A DNA stretch of 33,984 nucleotides from Thermoproteota archaeon (GCA_015521385.1 WAOH01000166.1:1-33984), one strand, 5' to 3'; shown: positions 9,311 to 19,165, counted from the first letter of the stretch. The notes: generated from the letters alone by a model not told the origin. Made by a program: numbers and translations.

Positions 9311-9337
9311 TTAGAGTCACCGTGCAAAAAAGGAGGG

Positions 9338-9532
9338 TCACTTCCCCTCCTTCTTGGGCTTCTTCCTGACCCACTTTACCTTCTTGGGATTCCTACCCAG
9401 CTTGAGGTAGTTCTTGGCGCACTTGGAGGAACAGAAATACAGGATGGTACCGTCAGCTTTCACGTACATCCAGCCGTGCCCGGGCTCGATGTCGCTACCA
9501 CAGAACGCGCACTTCTTCAGCAGAATGGACAT
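9338..9532 (-). CDS. rpl24e: 50S ribosomal protein L24e
   Basis: [27 protein letters not shown]. Confidence 0.96.
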   Translation of the reverse strand: MSILLKKCAFCGSDIEPGHGWMYVKADGTILYFCSSKCAKNYLKLGRNPKKVKWVRKKPKKEGK

Positions 9533-9536
9533 TCAA

Positions 9537-9755
9537 TCACCTCGGCTTCAGCTTCCTAGCCTCCATCTCGGTCTCTCTAAGGATGAGTATGTCTCCTATC
9601 CTCACTGGCCCCTTGACGTTCCTAGTCAGGACCCTTCCCCTGTCCTTTCCAACCAGTATCTTAGCTCTGACCTGTATGACATCTCCGGCTACGCCCGTTC
9701 GACCGATTATCTCAACTACCTCGGCCGGGTATCCCTTGTCCGCCTCCTGGGACAT
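9537..9755 (-). CDS. rps28e: 30S ribosomal protein S28e
   Basis: [31 protein letters not shown]. Confidence 0.96.
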   Translation of the reverse strand: MSQEADKGYPAEVVEIIGRTGVAGDVIQVRAKILVGKDRGRVLTRNVKGPVRIGDILILRETEMEARKLKPR

Positions 9756-9798
9756 TCAATCACCTTCAGAAAGGAGGGGGGTGAACATGTTTTTTAAA

Positions 9799-10197
9799 CT
9801 ACTCGGTCCCTCCAGTCCCCTTGACTTCCTTTATCTTCTCTATGAGGGCTTCCAAGAGGCTCTTGGCCTGCCCGGCATCCACCACAGCGACGGAGGATGC
9901 GGGAACTTCTATACCAGCGGCCTTTCCCAAGTCATCCTTGCTCGGGACGTAAGCGTAGGGAACTCCCTTGTCGTCGCACAGCAGCGGCAGGTGAGCCACT
10001 ATCTCAGGGGGGTTCACGTCCTCCGCTATGACTACGAAGAGGGCCTCACCCCTCTCCACGGCCTTCGTGGTCTCGTTGACGCCCTTCCTGACCTTACCAC
10101 CGGTCTCCCGGGCGGTCTGGACTAACTCGAGTATCTTGGGAACGAGGTCATCGGGGACCTCGAACTTCACATAGAAGGGTTTGTCCTGAGCCGTCAT
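9799..10197 (-). CDS. rpl7ae: 50S ribosomal protein L7Ae
   Basis: [31 protein letters not shown]. Confidence 0.97.
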   Translation of the reverse strand: MTAQDKPFYVKFEVPDDLVPKILELVQTARETGGKVRKGVNETTKAVERGEALFVVIAEDVNPPEIVAHLPLLCDDKGVPYAYVPSKDDLGKAAGIEVPASSVAVVDAGQAKSLLEALIEKIKEVKGTGGTE

Positions 10198-10227
10198 CCT
10201 TCATTCCCCGGAGGGGGCCGGGGAGTG

Positions 10228-11310
10228 TCATATAAAAATATGCCTCTCATCCGCGAGGGTCTTCAATGGACCCGTTAGCAGGTATTTCCTGGTCAATCGA
10301 AGCTGGTTCACCGTGAGTGAGCCTGTGAGGAACGCGGCGAGCTTCATCTCGAAGATAAATTTATTTAACTCATCCCTGACGCCGTCGCTTCCCTCCTCCA
10401 CGGCGCGAACGAAGAAGGGTCGGGCAGCTCCAGCCATATGGGCACCTAAGGCCAGGCATTTAGCCGCATCCAGGCCTGACCTGACTCCTCCAGATCCTAT
10501 AACCTCTAGACCGAGACCGGACACCTCCATTATGGCCAGAGGAGTAGGTATCCCCCAGTCAGCGAATCTCTTAGAGGCAATCCTCCTCGGCGATCCCTCC
10601 GGAGACCTCTCTCCCTCTATCAGGGACCAGCTCGTCCCCCCCTGCCCGGCCACATCTACTATTCCGACGCCCATCCTCCTGAGGACGTGCGCCGTTTCCC
10701 TGGGTATCCCGGATCCGACCTCCTTAACTATTACGGGGACATCTAACTCCCTCACCACGTCCCTTATCGCCACCAAGGATCCGGAGAAATCGATTGAACC
10801 CTCTGGTTGTATTACCTCTTGGAGGGGGTTTAAGTGGATCGCTAGGGCGTCGGCATCTATCATGTCAACTGCCCTCTTCGCGTTGTCGGGTCCTTCATCA
10901 CCTATGATGTGCGATATACCTAGGTTGGCTATCACGGGCACCTCCGTCGCCGTTTCCCTCACTATCGAGTATGTTTCAGCGAGGCTTTCATCCCTCAGAG
11001 CTGCTCTCTGACTTCCGACACCTATGGCGACCCGCTCGGCTTGGGCCGCCTCGGCCAGCGCCTTGTTTATGGGCAGAGTGGCCTCGTGACCACCGGTCAT
11101 CCCCTCTATAAGGAGGGGAGCCCTTAGATCATATCCCAAAAACCTCCAAGAGAGGTCTACATCCTCGAAGGAGACATCAGGCAGGGGATTGTGCAACAGC
11201 CTGACGTGCTCGAACCACGAGCGATCGGTGCTGAGATCGATATCGTCCCTCTTGGCTATCATGACGTGCTCTATCTTCCTTTGAGAGGTCTCCTTAGGAT
11301 CGTCCGTCAT
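10228..11310 (-). CDS. fni: Type 2 isopentenyl-diphosphate delta-isomerase
   Basis: RKIEH, MTGG, GVGSQRAAL, IHLNPLQEVIQPEG, VKEVGSG, GGTSW, SGGVRSG. Confidence 0.95.
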   Translation of the reverse strand: MTDDPKETSQRKIEHVMIAKRDDIDLSTDRSWFEHVRLLHNPLPDVSFEDVDLSWRFLGYDLRAPLLIEGMTGGHEATLPINKALAEAAQAERVAIGVGSQRAALRDESLAETYSIVRETATEVPVIANLGISHIIGDEGPDNAKRAVDMIDADALAIHLNPLQEVIQPEGSIDFSGSLVAIRDVVRELDVPVIVKEVGSGIPRETAHVLRRMGVGIVDVAGQGGTSWSLIEGERSPEGSPRRIASKRFADWGIPTPLAIMEVSGLGLEVIGSGGVRSGLDAAKCLALGAHMAGAARPFFVRAVEEGSDGVRDELNKFIFEMKLAAFLTGSLTVNQLRLTRKYLLTGPLKTLADERHIFI

Positions 11311-12164
11311 CTCGCGAACACCACCGAAGCGTAGCCCACCACGAATGACCTATCCCCGCTCGTCTCGGCGCTGGTGGAGTATCTCACGAGCTCCCCCTTC
11401 TCCACGCCCTTCAGCTTCGCGAAGGTTATGGCAACGGAGGCCGGCCCAGGACCGCACATGGATACGTCCAACTCGAACAACGTCCTGAACAGCCCATCGA
11501 CATCCATCTTCAAGATGGCCTCCAAGGCAGCTCGGTCCCTCCTCATAGCCTCCTCCTCAGGGAGGTAGTGGGACATGTCGGATGATGCGATGACCACTAT
11601 ATCCCTCCTCAGAAGTTCGGAGGCGAGGCTTATGGCCTCCCCCAAGGACTTGGCGGAAGATGGGTCCTGAATTCCCATCGCGATGGGGACTATCTTGGGG
11701 GACCCATATATTGCCTGTAGGAACGGTATCTGGACCTCTATGGAGTGCTCCGACATGTGGGCCAGATCATCGAACTCCAAGTCGTCGAAATGTTCCTTGA
11801 CCGCTAGGGCGAACTCCCTATCTACCTCGACCCTGCCCAACGGCGTCTCCCAGTATTTAGCATTGGAAACGGAGAATGCCGCACCTAGGCCTGTGTGATT
11901 GGGACCGAGGATAACGAAGGTCTCAGGAGTCCCATCCTTGGCCAGAACGGAGTAACCCGCAGCCGCCGTCCTCCCGGAGTACACGTATCCGGCATGAGGC
12001 GATATCAGGGAAGCTATCCTCCTCTCACCTGGCACGCTCGGGGATGGGATTCCCTCCTCCCCAATGCTTAGGAACAACTCCCTTATCATAGACAAAAGGT
12101 CCTCAGGGTCGGAAGGATAAAAAGAGCCAGCGACGGCTGGCTTTCTGACCTCCAAATAGTTCAC
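11307..12164 (-). CDS. amrB: MEMO1 family protein (AmmeMemoRadiSam protein B)
   Basis: [50 protein letters not shown]. Confidence 0.93.
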   Translation of the reverse strand: MNYLEVRKPAVAGSFYPSDPEDLLSMIRELFLSIGEEGIPSPSVPGERRIASLISPHAGYVYSGRTAAAGYSVLAKDGTPETFVILGPNHTGLGAAFSVSNAKYWETPLGRVEVDREFALAVKEHFDDLEFDDLAHMSEHSIEVQIPFLQAIYGSPKIVPIAMGIQDPSSAKSLGEAISLASELLRRDIVVIASSDMSHYLPEEEAMRRDRAALEAILKMDVDGLFRTLFELDVSMCGPGPASVAITFAKLKGVEKGELVRYSTSAETSGDRSFVVGYASVVFAR

Positions 12165-12814
12165 CTGAGGCCCATTATCCTAGTGGCGAAGTCCTCATAG
12201 CTCTCCTCGAGATCGCCGTCGGGAGGTATGTCACCCCTGTTCCTGAGGACCTCCCTGGTAAGGAGCCAGTAAACTAGGGCCAATGCCCTCCTTCCCTTGT
12301 TGTTGGCCGGTATGGCTAGGTCTATGTTCTCCAGCGTGTTGTCGGCATCTACTAGGGCCACCACAGGTATACCCAGCTTGACAGATTCTACGTGGATCTG
12401 CCTGTCCACCCTCGGATCAGACAGGAGCACCACATCCGGCTCTAGGTGGAGGGGCGCCTGAGGATTGGTCAGGGTCCCCGGAAGTATCCTGCCCGTTATG
12501 TAAGTGGCCCCGGTGTACTCGGCGAACTTCCTCACGGGCTTGAACCCGTAGATCCTAGCGGACACCGCTAGTATCTTCTCCGGCTCGAACCTAGCCAAGA
12601 ACTTCCCCGCAACCCTGATCCTCTCGTCCAGCTTCTTTATGTCTATCATGCACAGGCCATCGGGTCTCACCTTGTAGATGAACTTCTCCATGTCCTTGGT
12701 CCTTATCCTAGTGCCCACATGCACTCCCGCCGACAGGTACTTCTGCTTCGGTATCAGGAGATCCTTATCCTCCACTGGAGGCACATTAGACAGACTCATA
12801 TCGTCGTATCCCAT
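12161..12814 (-). CDS. rps2: 30S ribosomal protein S2
   Basis: [31 protein letters not shown]. Start set at ATG 12814 after GAGGTGA. Confidence 0.95.
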   Translation of the reverse strand: MGYDDMSLSNVPPVEDKDLLIPKQKYLSAGVHVGTRIRTKDMEKFIYKVRPDGLCMIDIKKLDERIRVAGKFLARFEPEKILAVSARIYGFKPVRKFAEYTGATYITGRILPGTLTNPQAPLHLEPDVVLLSDPRVDRQIHVESVKLGIPVVALVDADNTLENIDLAIPANNKGRRALALVYWLLTREVLRNRGDIPPDGDLEESYEDFATRIMGLR

Positions 12815-12818
12815 TTCA

Positions 12819-13022
12819 TCACCTCTCCATAACCGGTGTGAATGATAGCTCCAGCTCGGCAAGATCTATGTGGCTTATGAACATCCTCCGGCAGCAGTAC
12901 CGGGTCACTCCTAGGGAGTCGAGCACCTTTCCCGGATCCTCCCCGGCCATGACCCTCCGGGAGAACTCCTCCCACTTATCCCCTATCACGCTACCGCAGG
13001 TGAAGCACCTCACTGGGAACAT
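12819..13022 (-). CDS. rpoN: RNA polymerase subunit N (Rpo10)
   Basis: [15 protein letters not shown]. Confidence 0.97.
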   Translation of the reverse strand: MFPVRCFTCGSVIGDKWEEFSRRVMAGEDPGKVLDSLGVTRYCCRRMFISHIDLAELELSFTPVMER

Positions 13023-13117
13023 ATCCTGACCTCGGCTGGGTATGACCTACTGAGGTTATTAAATTATGCCGTTGGGAGAGTTCCTGAAGGGAATGTTTCT
13101 AGGGAGGTTGATGGGAA

Positions 13118-14104
13118 ATGGCGTTCGAGCTTTGGATAGAGAAGTACAGGCCGAGGACCTTGGATGACATAGTGGACCAGGAGGATGTCATCCGGGCCCT
13201 CAAAGGTTTTGTGGAGAAGAGGTCCATGCCTCACCTCCTTTTCGCCGGACCCGCCGGAACTGGAAAGACTACCACGGCCCTGGCTCTGGCCCATGACATC
13301 TACGGCTCCGAGGAGCTCCTGAGGGCCAACTACATGGAGCTCAACGCCAGCGATGAGAGGGGTATCGACACGATAAGGACCAAGATAAAGGACTTCGCGA
13401 AGACGGCGCCGTTCGGAGATGTGCCCTTCAAGATAATTCATCTGGACGAGGCGGACAGCCTCACAGCCGACGCTCAGCACGCTCTCAGGAGGATAATGGA
13501 GATGTACTCCGCCACCACAAGATTCATTCTGGCCTGCAACTACTCATCCAAGATAATAGAGCCAATTCAGTCGAGATGCGCGGTATTCAGGTTCGGACCA
13601 ATACCGGAAGAGGCCGTCAGGGAGAGGCTAGTGATGATAGCTGAGAAGGAGGGTGTGAAGTACACGGAGGAGGGCATATCTGCCATAGTGTACGTGGCTG
13701 AAGGGGATCTGAGGAGGGCCATCAACCTGTTACAGACGGCCTCAGCCATGGCAGATCAGGTGGATGCCAAGGTGGTGTACAGAGTGGCCGGTCTCGCTCA
13801 TCCAGAGGAGGTTAGGGGGATGATAAATGCCGCACTAAAGGGGAGATTCGTCGCCGCCAGGGACATGCTCAGGAACCTGATGATAAACTACGGAATGTCC
13901 GCACAAGACGTCATCAAGCAGCTCAACAGAGAGATAATGGCAAGCAAGTCGATTCCAGACAAGATTAAAGCCCAACTCATGGTGTTCCTCAGCGAGGTCG
14001 ATTTCAGGGTAACTGAGGGCGCCCACGGAGATGTCCAGCTGGCCGCCATGCTGGCCAAGCTGGTGGAGCTAGGTGAGTCCCATGGCGGACCTTCCTTGGA
14101 CTGA
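13118..14104 (+). CDS. rfcS: Replication factor C small subunit
   Basis: WIEKYRP, GPAGTGKT, ELNASDERG, LDEAD, SRC motif; no intein. Confidence 0.97.
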   Translation: MAFELWIEKYRPRTLDDIVDQEDVIRALKGFVEKRSMPHLLFAGPAGTGKTTTALALAHDIYGSEELLRANYMELNASDERGIDTIRTKIKDFAKTAPFGDVPFKIIHLDEADSLTADAQHALRRIMEMYSATTRFILACNYSSKIIEPIQSRCAVFRFGPIPEEAVRERLVMIAEKEGVKYTEEGISAIVYVAEGDLRRAINLLQTASAMADQVDAKVVYRVAGLAHPEEVRGMINAALKGRFVAARDMLRNLMINYGMSAQDVIKQLNREIMASKSIPDKIKAQLMVFLSEVDFRVTEGAHGDVQLAAMLAKLVELGESHGGPSLD

Positions 14105-15326
14105 GAAATACCGCCCTAGGAGCTTAGATGAGATAAAGGGACAGAACAAGGCCATTAGCGAGATAAGGGATTGGATGAGGAGCGTTCGAGCAGGCAAGGT
14201 GAACAAGGCCCTCCTGCTCGTCGGTCCTCCGGGATCTGGTAAGACCTCCGCGGCATACGCCATAGCCTACGAGCTCGGATACGATCCCGTAGAGGTCAAC
14301 GCCAGCGATCTCAGGGATAGAACCCATCTCAAGTACGTTGTGGAGAGCGCTAAGGCCGTCAGCCTACTCACACTTAACAGGAGACTGATAATTCTCGACG
14401 AAGTGGACGCGCTACCCAGTGAAGGGGGAGCCTTGGTCTCTCTGGTGAAGGAGCTGATAACCAAGGAAGGGGTTCCGGTTGTGATGACGGCGAATGATCC
14501 ATATGAGAGGCACCTCTACGAGATAAGATCGCTGTCAAAGGTGGTCAGGTTCTACAGGCTTCGTTGGACCACTGTCCTGTCCGTGCTCAAGGAGATATGC
14601 AGGAAGGAGGGTGTGAAGGTGCCGGACAACGTCCTGAGGCAGATCGCCGTCAACTCGCAGGGGGACCTCAGAGCAGCCATCAACGATCTAGAGAGCCTCG
14701 TTAAGGGAAGCCGTAGGCTCTCCGAGGTTATAGGGAAGAAATTCGGGAAGAGGGACGTTGAAGCGGATGTGTTCAAGGTGCTCACTGCCGTTTTTTACGG
14801 GGAGAACTGCTACTCCGCCTACCTGACGTCCCTCAATACGGACGTGGATCCTGACATGCTCTTCAGGTGGGTGGAGGAGAACTTGCCCTATGTATACAAG
14901 GGGAAGGCTCTCTCGAGGGCTTACGACTATCTCTCCTACGCTGATATGGTCAGAAGCCGCATAATAAAGACAAATAACTGGAAACTCCTGGTTTACTACA
15001 CTCAGCTGATGACCTACGCGGTGTGCACAGCTAAGGAGGGCAAGCCTCAGGGGGTGAAGCTGAGGTTCCCCGAGATAATCAGGAAGCTAGCTACCACCAA
15101 GGAACTCAGGGCCAAGACGAGAGAATTCCTATCTAAACTTGCCAAAGAGCTCCACGTACCCACTAAGGTCGTGAGGATGGAGATAGTCCCCATACTCATA
15201 GCGGATAGCAAGGGGGACGGCAGGATCATAAAGAGGCTGGAGAGGGATTTGGGGCTAAGGGAGGAGGACATAAGGGAAATACTTGAGGACCTGGAGGAAC
15301 ACTACAAGTTAGAGGTTGGAGGCTAA
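14082..15326 (+). CDS. rfcL: Replication factor C large subunit
   Basis: PWTEKYRP, GPPGSGKT, EVNASD, GDLRAAINDL, WVEEN. Overlaps the rfcS end. Confidence 0.93.
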   Translation: MADLPWTEKYRPRSLDEIKGQNKAISEIRDWMRSVRAGKVNKALLLVGPPGSGKTSAAYAIAYELGYDPVEVNASDLRDRTHLKYVVESAKAVSLLTLNRRLIILDEVDALPSEGGALVSLVKELITKEGVPVVMTANDPYERHLYEIRSLSKVVRFYRLRWTTVLSVLKEICRKEGVKVPDNVLRQIAVNSQGDLRAAINDLESLVKGSRRLSEVIGKKFGKRDVEADVFKVLTAVFYGENCYSAYLTSLNTDVDPDMLFRWVEENLPYVYKGKALSRAYDYLSYADMVRSRIIKTNNWKLLVYYTQLMTYAVCTAKEGKPQGVKLRFPEIIRKLATTKELRAKTREFLSKLAKELHVPTKVVRMEIVPILIADSKGDGRIIKRLERDLGLREEDIREILEDLEEHYKLEVGG

Positions 15327-16457
15327 CGGACTCAGTTCCTCTTTTAATATCTCCCTCAGCTTCTCCTGCAGCTTGTCAGCCGGTATCGAACCTAGGGATA
15401 TGAGAGTGGTCTGCCCCTTCATCCCCTCACCCGACTTCTTGGCTTCCAAGAACCCCATGTTCTTGAGGTTCCTGACCCTCTTCCAGATGGCCGTGTATTT
15501 GTACGGGAGAACCCCCACTTCCTCGCATAGCAGCCTGTATTCATCCAGCAGGTCTCCCATCTTTATCCAAGACTTTCCAGATGAGGCCAATCTCTTAGAC
15601 ACAGCTAGGAGCAGTATCTTGTCGTGAAGGTCTAGGGGGGTCAGCGAGTCCTCAGTTATCCCGATGACTCCAATCCTCGAGGCCGCTTCACTGACCATGT
15701 CAGGAGTTATCTTGGATAGACCGGCCTCCTCTGAGAGCCTAGCTGCCAAGTAAAGTATCTTCAGGGCAACCCTGGCGTTACCCATGTGCTCCGACAGCTC
15801 CACGACCTTGCTCACAATCTCGTCGTCGAAGCTGCCCTCCTCCAAGGCCTCCTCGGCCCTATACTTCACTATCGCCTCCAACTGCTCAGGCGTGTACTTC
15901 TCCAGCGGAAGCCTAGTCACCATGAAGGACCTTATGGAGTCGTCCATCAGGTAAGGGGGATCCCACCTAGCGACCACTATGAGAGTCGGCGACTTGGGCG
16001 CATCCCCCTCGTGTAGCCTCAGGAGGGTGTAGACTAGGGTGTCCCCATCCTTGAGATAGTCCACCTCGTCTAGGACTATGAGGAGGTCCCTGTCCTCTCC
16101 AGAAAGCACCTTCTCGAGTATCAACACGACTTCCTCGTAGGAGAGTCCCCTGTCGGGTACTCCGGGAAGGAGCGAGGAGACTACTCTCTGGACAACGGAG
16201 GTCGGCGTCCTATACGTCCTACAGTTGATGTGAACTACGTCCAAGGAATTCAGCCTCTCCCTCAGTCTAGCCGATGACAGCTTCGCCACCGAGGTCTTAC
16301 CCACTCCCGGCTCCCCTCGGATGAGTATGAGCCCCTCAGTTAGGCCGTATCCGCTGGCCAGCGTGTTAACTAGGATGCTAACCTCCTTCTCCCTGTGGGG
16401 TAGCTTGGGTGGGGTGTAGGACTCCGAAAACTTGTGAGGATCCTTTATTATCCGTAT
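15309..16457 (-). CDS. cdc6: ORC1/Cdc6 family replication initiator (probable ATA start)
   Basis: The frame extends upstream of the track's GTG: IRIIKDPHKFSESYTPPKLPHREKE..GEPGVGKT, then HINC, VLDEVD, GNARVAL and a C-terminal wHTH. In-frame TGA at 16466-16464, with no ATG/GTG/TTG before the Walker A. Confidence 0.9.
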   Translation of the reverse strand: MRIIKDPHKFSESYTPPKLPHREKEVSILVNTLASGYGLTEGLILIRGEPGVGKTSVAKLSSARLRERLNSLDVVHINCRTYRTPTSVVQRVVSSLLPGVPDRGLSYEEVVLILEKVLSGEDRDLLIVLDEVDYLKDGDTLVYTLLRLHEGDAPKSPTLIVVARWDPPYLMDDSIRSFMVTRLPLEKYTPEQLEAIVKYRAEEALEEGSFDDEIVSKVVELSEHMGNARVALKILYLAARLSEEAGLSKITPDMVSEAASRIGVIGITEDSLTPLDLHDKILLLAVSKRLASSGKSWIKMGDLLDEYRLLCEEVGVLPYKYTAIWKRVRNLKNMGFLEAKKSGEGMKGQTTLISLGSIPADKLQEKLREILKEELSPLASNL

Positions 16458-16537
16458 TTCACATCACCGAGTGTTAAGCAGCGGACGGAAATAATTTCAT
16501 TATGGTCCCCCATAGAGAGGGGGGTTAGGTGAAAGTA

Positions 16538-17563
16538 TTACTTCCTCCTCTTGAGGGCCTTCCTGTAGAAGATATATCCTGCTATCTCGAGCAACACGAT
16601 CCCTAGGGATACGCCCGCAACGACCACTTCAGGACTTACTGGATAGACTGGGATCTCATTGGCTAGCTTGAGTGCGTAAGTCAGGTTGGAATTCACTCTC
16701 CTAGGAGCTAGGGTGGAGAACTTGTAGTAGAGGTCGAAGAGCTCCTTGGCCTTCCTCGCTGTCGCTTCATCCAATGAGAGGACTGGTGTCTTCCTGATCT
16801 CAGCGATCTTGCGCCTTATCTGCTCCAGTATCTGAACCTCCTCTTGGGTGTGGTTGACAATTCCTAGGAAGAACCACCCGCTGTATCCCGATGATTCCCT
16901 AGTGTCCACGGTGGGGCTCTTCAGCACCCACGATACCACGACCCTCAACTCCTTGGATATGTTGGCTAGGTAGATCGAGTTAGGTGAGGGCCTAGAGATG
17001 CTCACCACGTAGTTCTTGGGAAGTATGACCGTCAAGTTGAGTAGATCTAGCTCCTTAACAAAGATCTTGGTTATATTAGTGTAGTCCTCTCTAGTCGTGT
17101 ACACAATCCCCTTCCTTCCCTCCGCCTCCTTGGGCGCCCCCTTCTTTGCTTCCAAGTCTATTGTCAGGATGAGATCTATTCTCTTGGATTTGTTGCGATA
17201 TACGCTCTTGTGGATCTCCGCTTTCATATCCGTGGGATAGAACTCCATGTCCCCGCCGATGTAAGGACCTTCCCCTACTTGCTTTCTCACATCATCTAAG
17301 AACCCCTTAGTGTAATTCTGCTCACCCGTCTTATTGAGCAATCTCTCCAAGTCGTTGGCCCAGAGCCCATACCACGAATAGTTGACCACTACTCTGGCCG
17401 TGAACTCGTCCTTGAAGAAGAAGGTGGCGTGGGTGCTCACGTAATGGGGTTTCTCCGAGAGTATCTCTGCCTCAGATACTTGGGCCATTTGAACTAGGAT
17501 CACGAGCGCTAGAACCGCTACGAACGCGCTTCTGCCTATTTTTGTGCCATTCATCGAACACAC
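16538..17563 (-). CDS. Secreted, C-terminally membrane-anchored putative glycoprotein
   Basis: Signal peptide, many N-x-S/T sequons (NYS, NKT, NYT, NKS, NIT, NLT, NIS, NHT), C-terminal TM helix plus RKALKRRK. Confidence 0.75.
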   Translation of the reverse strand: MCSMNGTKIGRSAFVAVLALVILVQMAQVSEAEILSEKPHYVSTHATFFFKDEFTARVVVNYSWYGLWANDLERLLNKTGEQNYTKGFLDDVRKQVGEGPYIGGDMEFYPTDMKAEIHKSVYRNKSKRIDLILTIDLEAKKGAPKEAEGRKGIVYTTREDYTNITKIFVKELDLLNLTVILPKNYVVSISRPSPNSIYLANISKELRVVVSWVLKSPTVDTRESSGYSGWFFLGIVNHTQEEVQILEQIRRKIAEIRKTPVLSLDEATARKAKELFDLYYKFSTLAPRRVNSNLTYALKLANEIPVYPVSPEVVVAGVSLGIVLLEIAGYIFYRKALKRRK

Positions 17564-17658
17564 CTTAGTCTGGAGATATGCAACACTTTTTCATTGGGCT
17601 AGATTATATAAACGTAGTTGGGGCTTAGACGTAGCCCGAAAAAGTGAGGGTCCTATGA

Positions 17659-18792
17659 ATGCCGGATGAAAGCGATGTCAGGGTAGTGGAAGCTGGCTAC
17701 ATGCGCTGGATGCTCAGAGCCAACCCTTTCGCCTACTTGAGTAGTGAGAGCTTGGAAGAGGTGAGAACCCTACATGTAGACACGGATGTCGACGAAAGAC
17801 TGGCCCAGCTGCTAGATGAAGTCATAAAAGGGAAGAAAAAACACCTAGTATTCTTGGTCGGGGAGTTTGGAACGGGAAAGACCCACAGGCTCAGGCTAAT
17901 AAGTGAGATCCTTCCGGATGTACCGACCTTTTACGTTAAGATCGATGTGGACGATTACGAAGCCTCCCTCTACAGGATAGCCACAACTATCAAGAAGATG
18001 CCTCCACTTAAACCCCTCCGGAGGAAATTCCCTAGAGATCCGGAGTCCCTCCTCTCCATAATAATGGACGAGCTCAATAGGTACGACGTCGCGATACTCA
18101 TGTTGGATGAAGTGGAGAATATAGTAATCTCTGGGACTAGAAAGGACGCTGAATTGTTCTCGGAATTCATAAAGCGTTTATACAAGGAAATAGATCCAGG
18201 TCGGATGCTGATAATAGCATGCATACCTCCTGCCTACGATATAATGAAGAAGCTCCTCGGTAAGATCCCCCACAATAAGATCGAGATGAGAACCATCAGC
18301 CCGGAAGAAGCCAGTAAGATACTTAAAAAGAGGATACAACATTACAGGGATATACTCAATGAGGAGGCGAGGGGCCTCAATTTAGGTGAACCCTTCACCG
18401 AGGATCTAGTCAGGAAAATGAATGAGCTTGCCGGGGGGAACCCGAGGAGGTTAATGAAGCTTGCTAGGAATTTGCTAGCCATGTTAACAAGGGAACTCAA
18501 GGAGAGCGGAAAGCTCAGCCAAGATAAGATACTACACCTTATATCGGAGGCTAGCGAGGAGAAAGAGGTCCCGAGGGAAGAGGAAGAAGAGGAGGAAGTG
18601 ATCCCAGATGATATAAGGCCGGAAATTGCTATATTACGCAAGAGATTCCCACCAGGAACTACCTTCTCCCTTATAGAGGCCTCTAAGGCATTGGGAATGA
18701 AATTAACCCAAACTAGGGAGCTTTTATGGGAGCTTATGGAGGAGGGACTCGTAGAGAAGGCTCCAGGAGGAAGGTTCCTCCTTAAGGGCTGA
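17659..18792 (+). CDS. AAA+ family ATPase with C-terminal winged HTH
   Basis: W-x-L-x-x-NPF N-terminus, Walker A GEFGTGKT, Walker B LMLDEVE, GGNPRR lid motif, acidic linker, wHTH (SLIEASKALG..LWELMEEGLV). Confidence 0.8.
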   Translation: MPDESDVRVVEAGYMRWMLRANPFAYLSSESLEEVRTLHVDTDVDERLAQLLDEVIKGKKKHLVFLVGEFGTGKTHRLRLISEILPDVPTFYVKIDVDDYEASLYRIATTIKKMPPLKPLRRKFPRDPESLLSIIMDELNRYDVAILMLDEVENIVISGTRKDAELFSEFIKRLYKEIDPGRMLIIACIPPAYDIMKKLLGKIPHNKIEMRTISPEEASKILKKRIQHYRDILNEEARGLNLGEPFTEDLVRKMNELAGGNPRRLMKLARNLLAMLTRELKESGKLSQDKILHLISEASEEKEVPREEEEEEEVIPDDIRPEIAILRKRFPPGTTFSLIEASKALGMKLTQTRELLWELMEEGLVEKAPGGRFLLKG

Positions 18793-19165
18793 CCTCCTCA
18801 TCCGTTTCGAGACCTCTTAGAACCCACTCGAGTGACTCCCTCCATAGTCGTAGGATGTCTCTCGTCTCCATCTCTTTGAAGGGCTCTTCCTCCAAGAACC
18901 TATCGATCGACTGTACTATCATGAGCAGCTCGTCCCTGTCCATCCTGATGCTCTTTCCTAGGAGACTCCTCTCCTCGAAGTTCCCCTCTTTCAAGCTCTT
19001 GATCACCAGCCGCAGGTGCTCACGCAGGATCGAGTCCCTCTCATACCTCGAGATCGCGTCAGAGATGCTCTTTAGGAGTTCTTCATCGACGGACCCCCTC
19101 TTTCTGTACTCCAAAACCGCCTTCGACAGAAGTTCCGCTAGCTCCTCTTCCGCCGTGCTCTCCAT
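18782..19165 (-). CDS. Hypothetical helical protein
   Basis: ATG 19165 after GGAGGTG; typical host codon usage; no motif recognised. Confidence 0.65.
   Translation of the reverse strand: MESTAEEELAELLSKAVLEYRKRGSVDEELLKSISDAISRYERDSILREHLRLVIKSLKEGNFEERSLLGKSIRMDRDELLMIVQSIDRFLEEEPFKEMETRDILRLWRESLEWVLRGLETDEEVSP

Noticed and set aside
10313-11011. Long antisense ORFs (also 9583-10125, 25829-26497 and others)
   Set aside because: Ser/Pro-rich shadows of well-supported genes on the opposite strand.
13118-15326. Inteins in RFC (also checked aIF5B and Cdc6)
   Set aside because: Protein lengths are normal and the motifs are contiguous.
16458-16537. Replication origin (ORB boxes) upstream of cdc6; GAAAT-A-ATTTC palindrome and G-run
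   Set aside because: Only 80 nt long, with no repeated TCCA-x-TGGAAA-type ORB and no clear unwinding element. The short palindrome and ANTTTC match could be chance.
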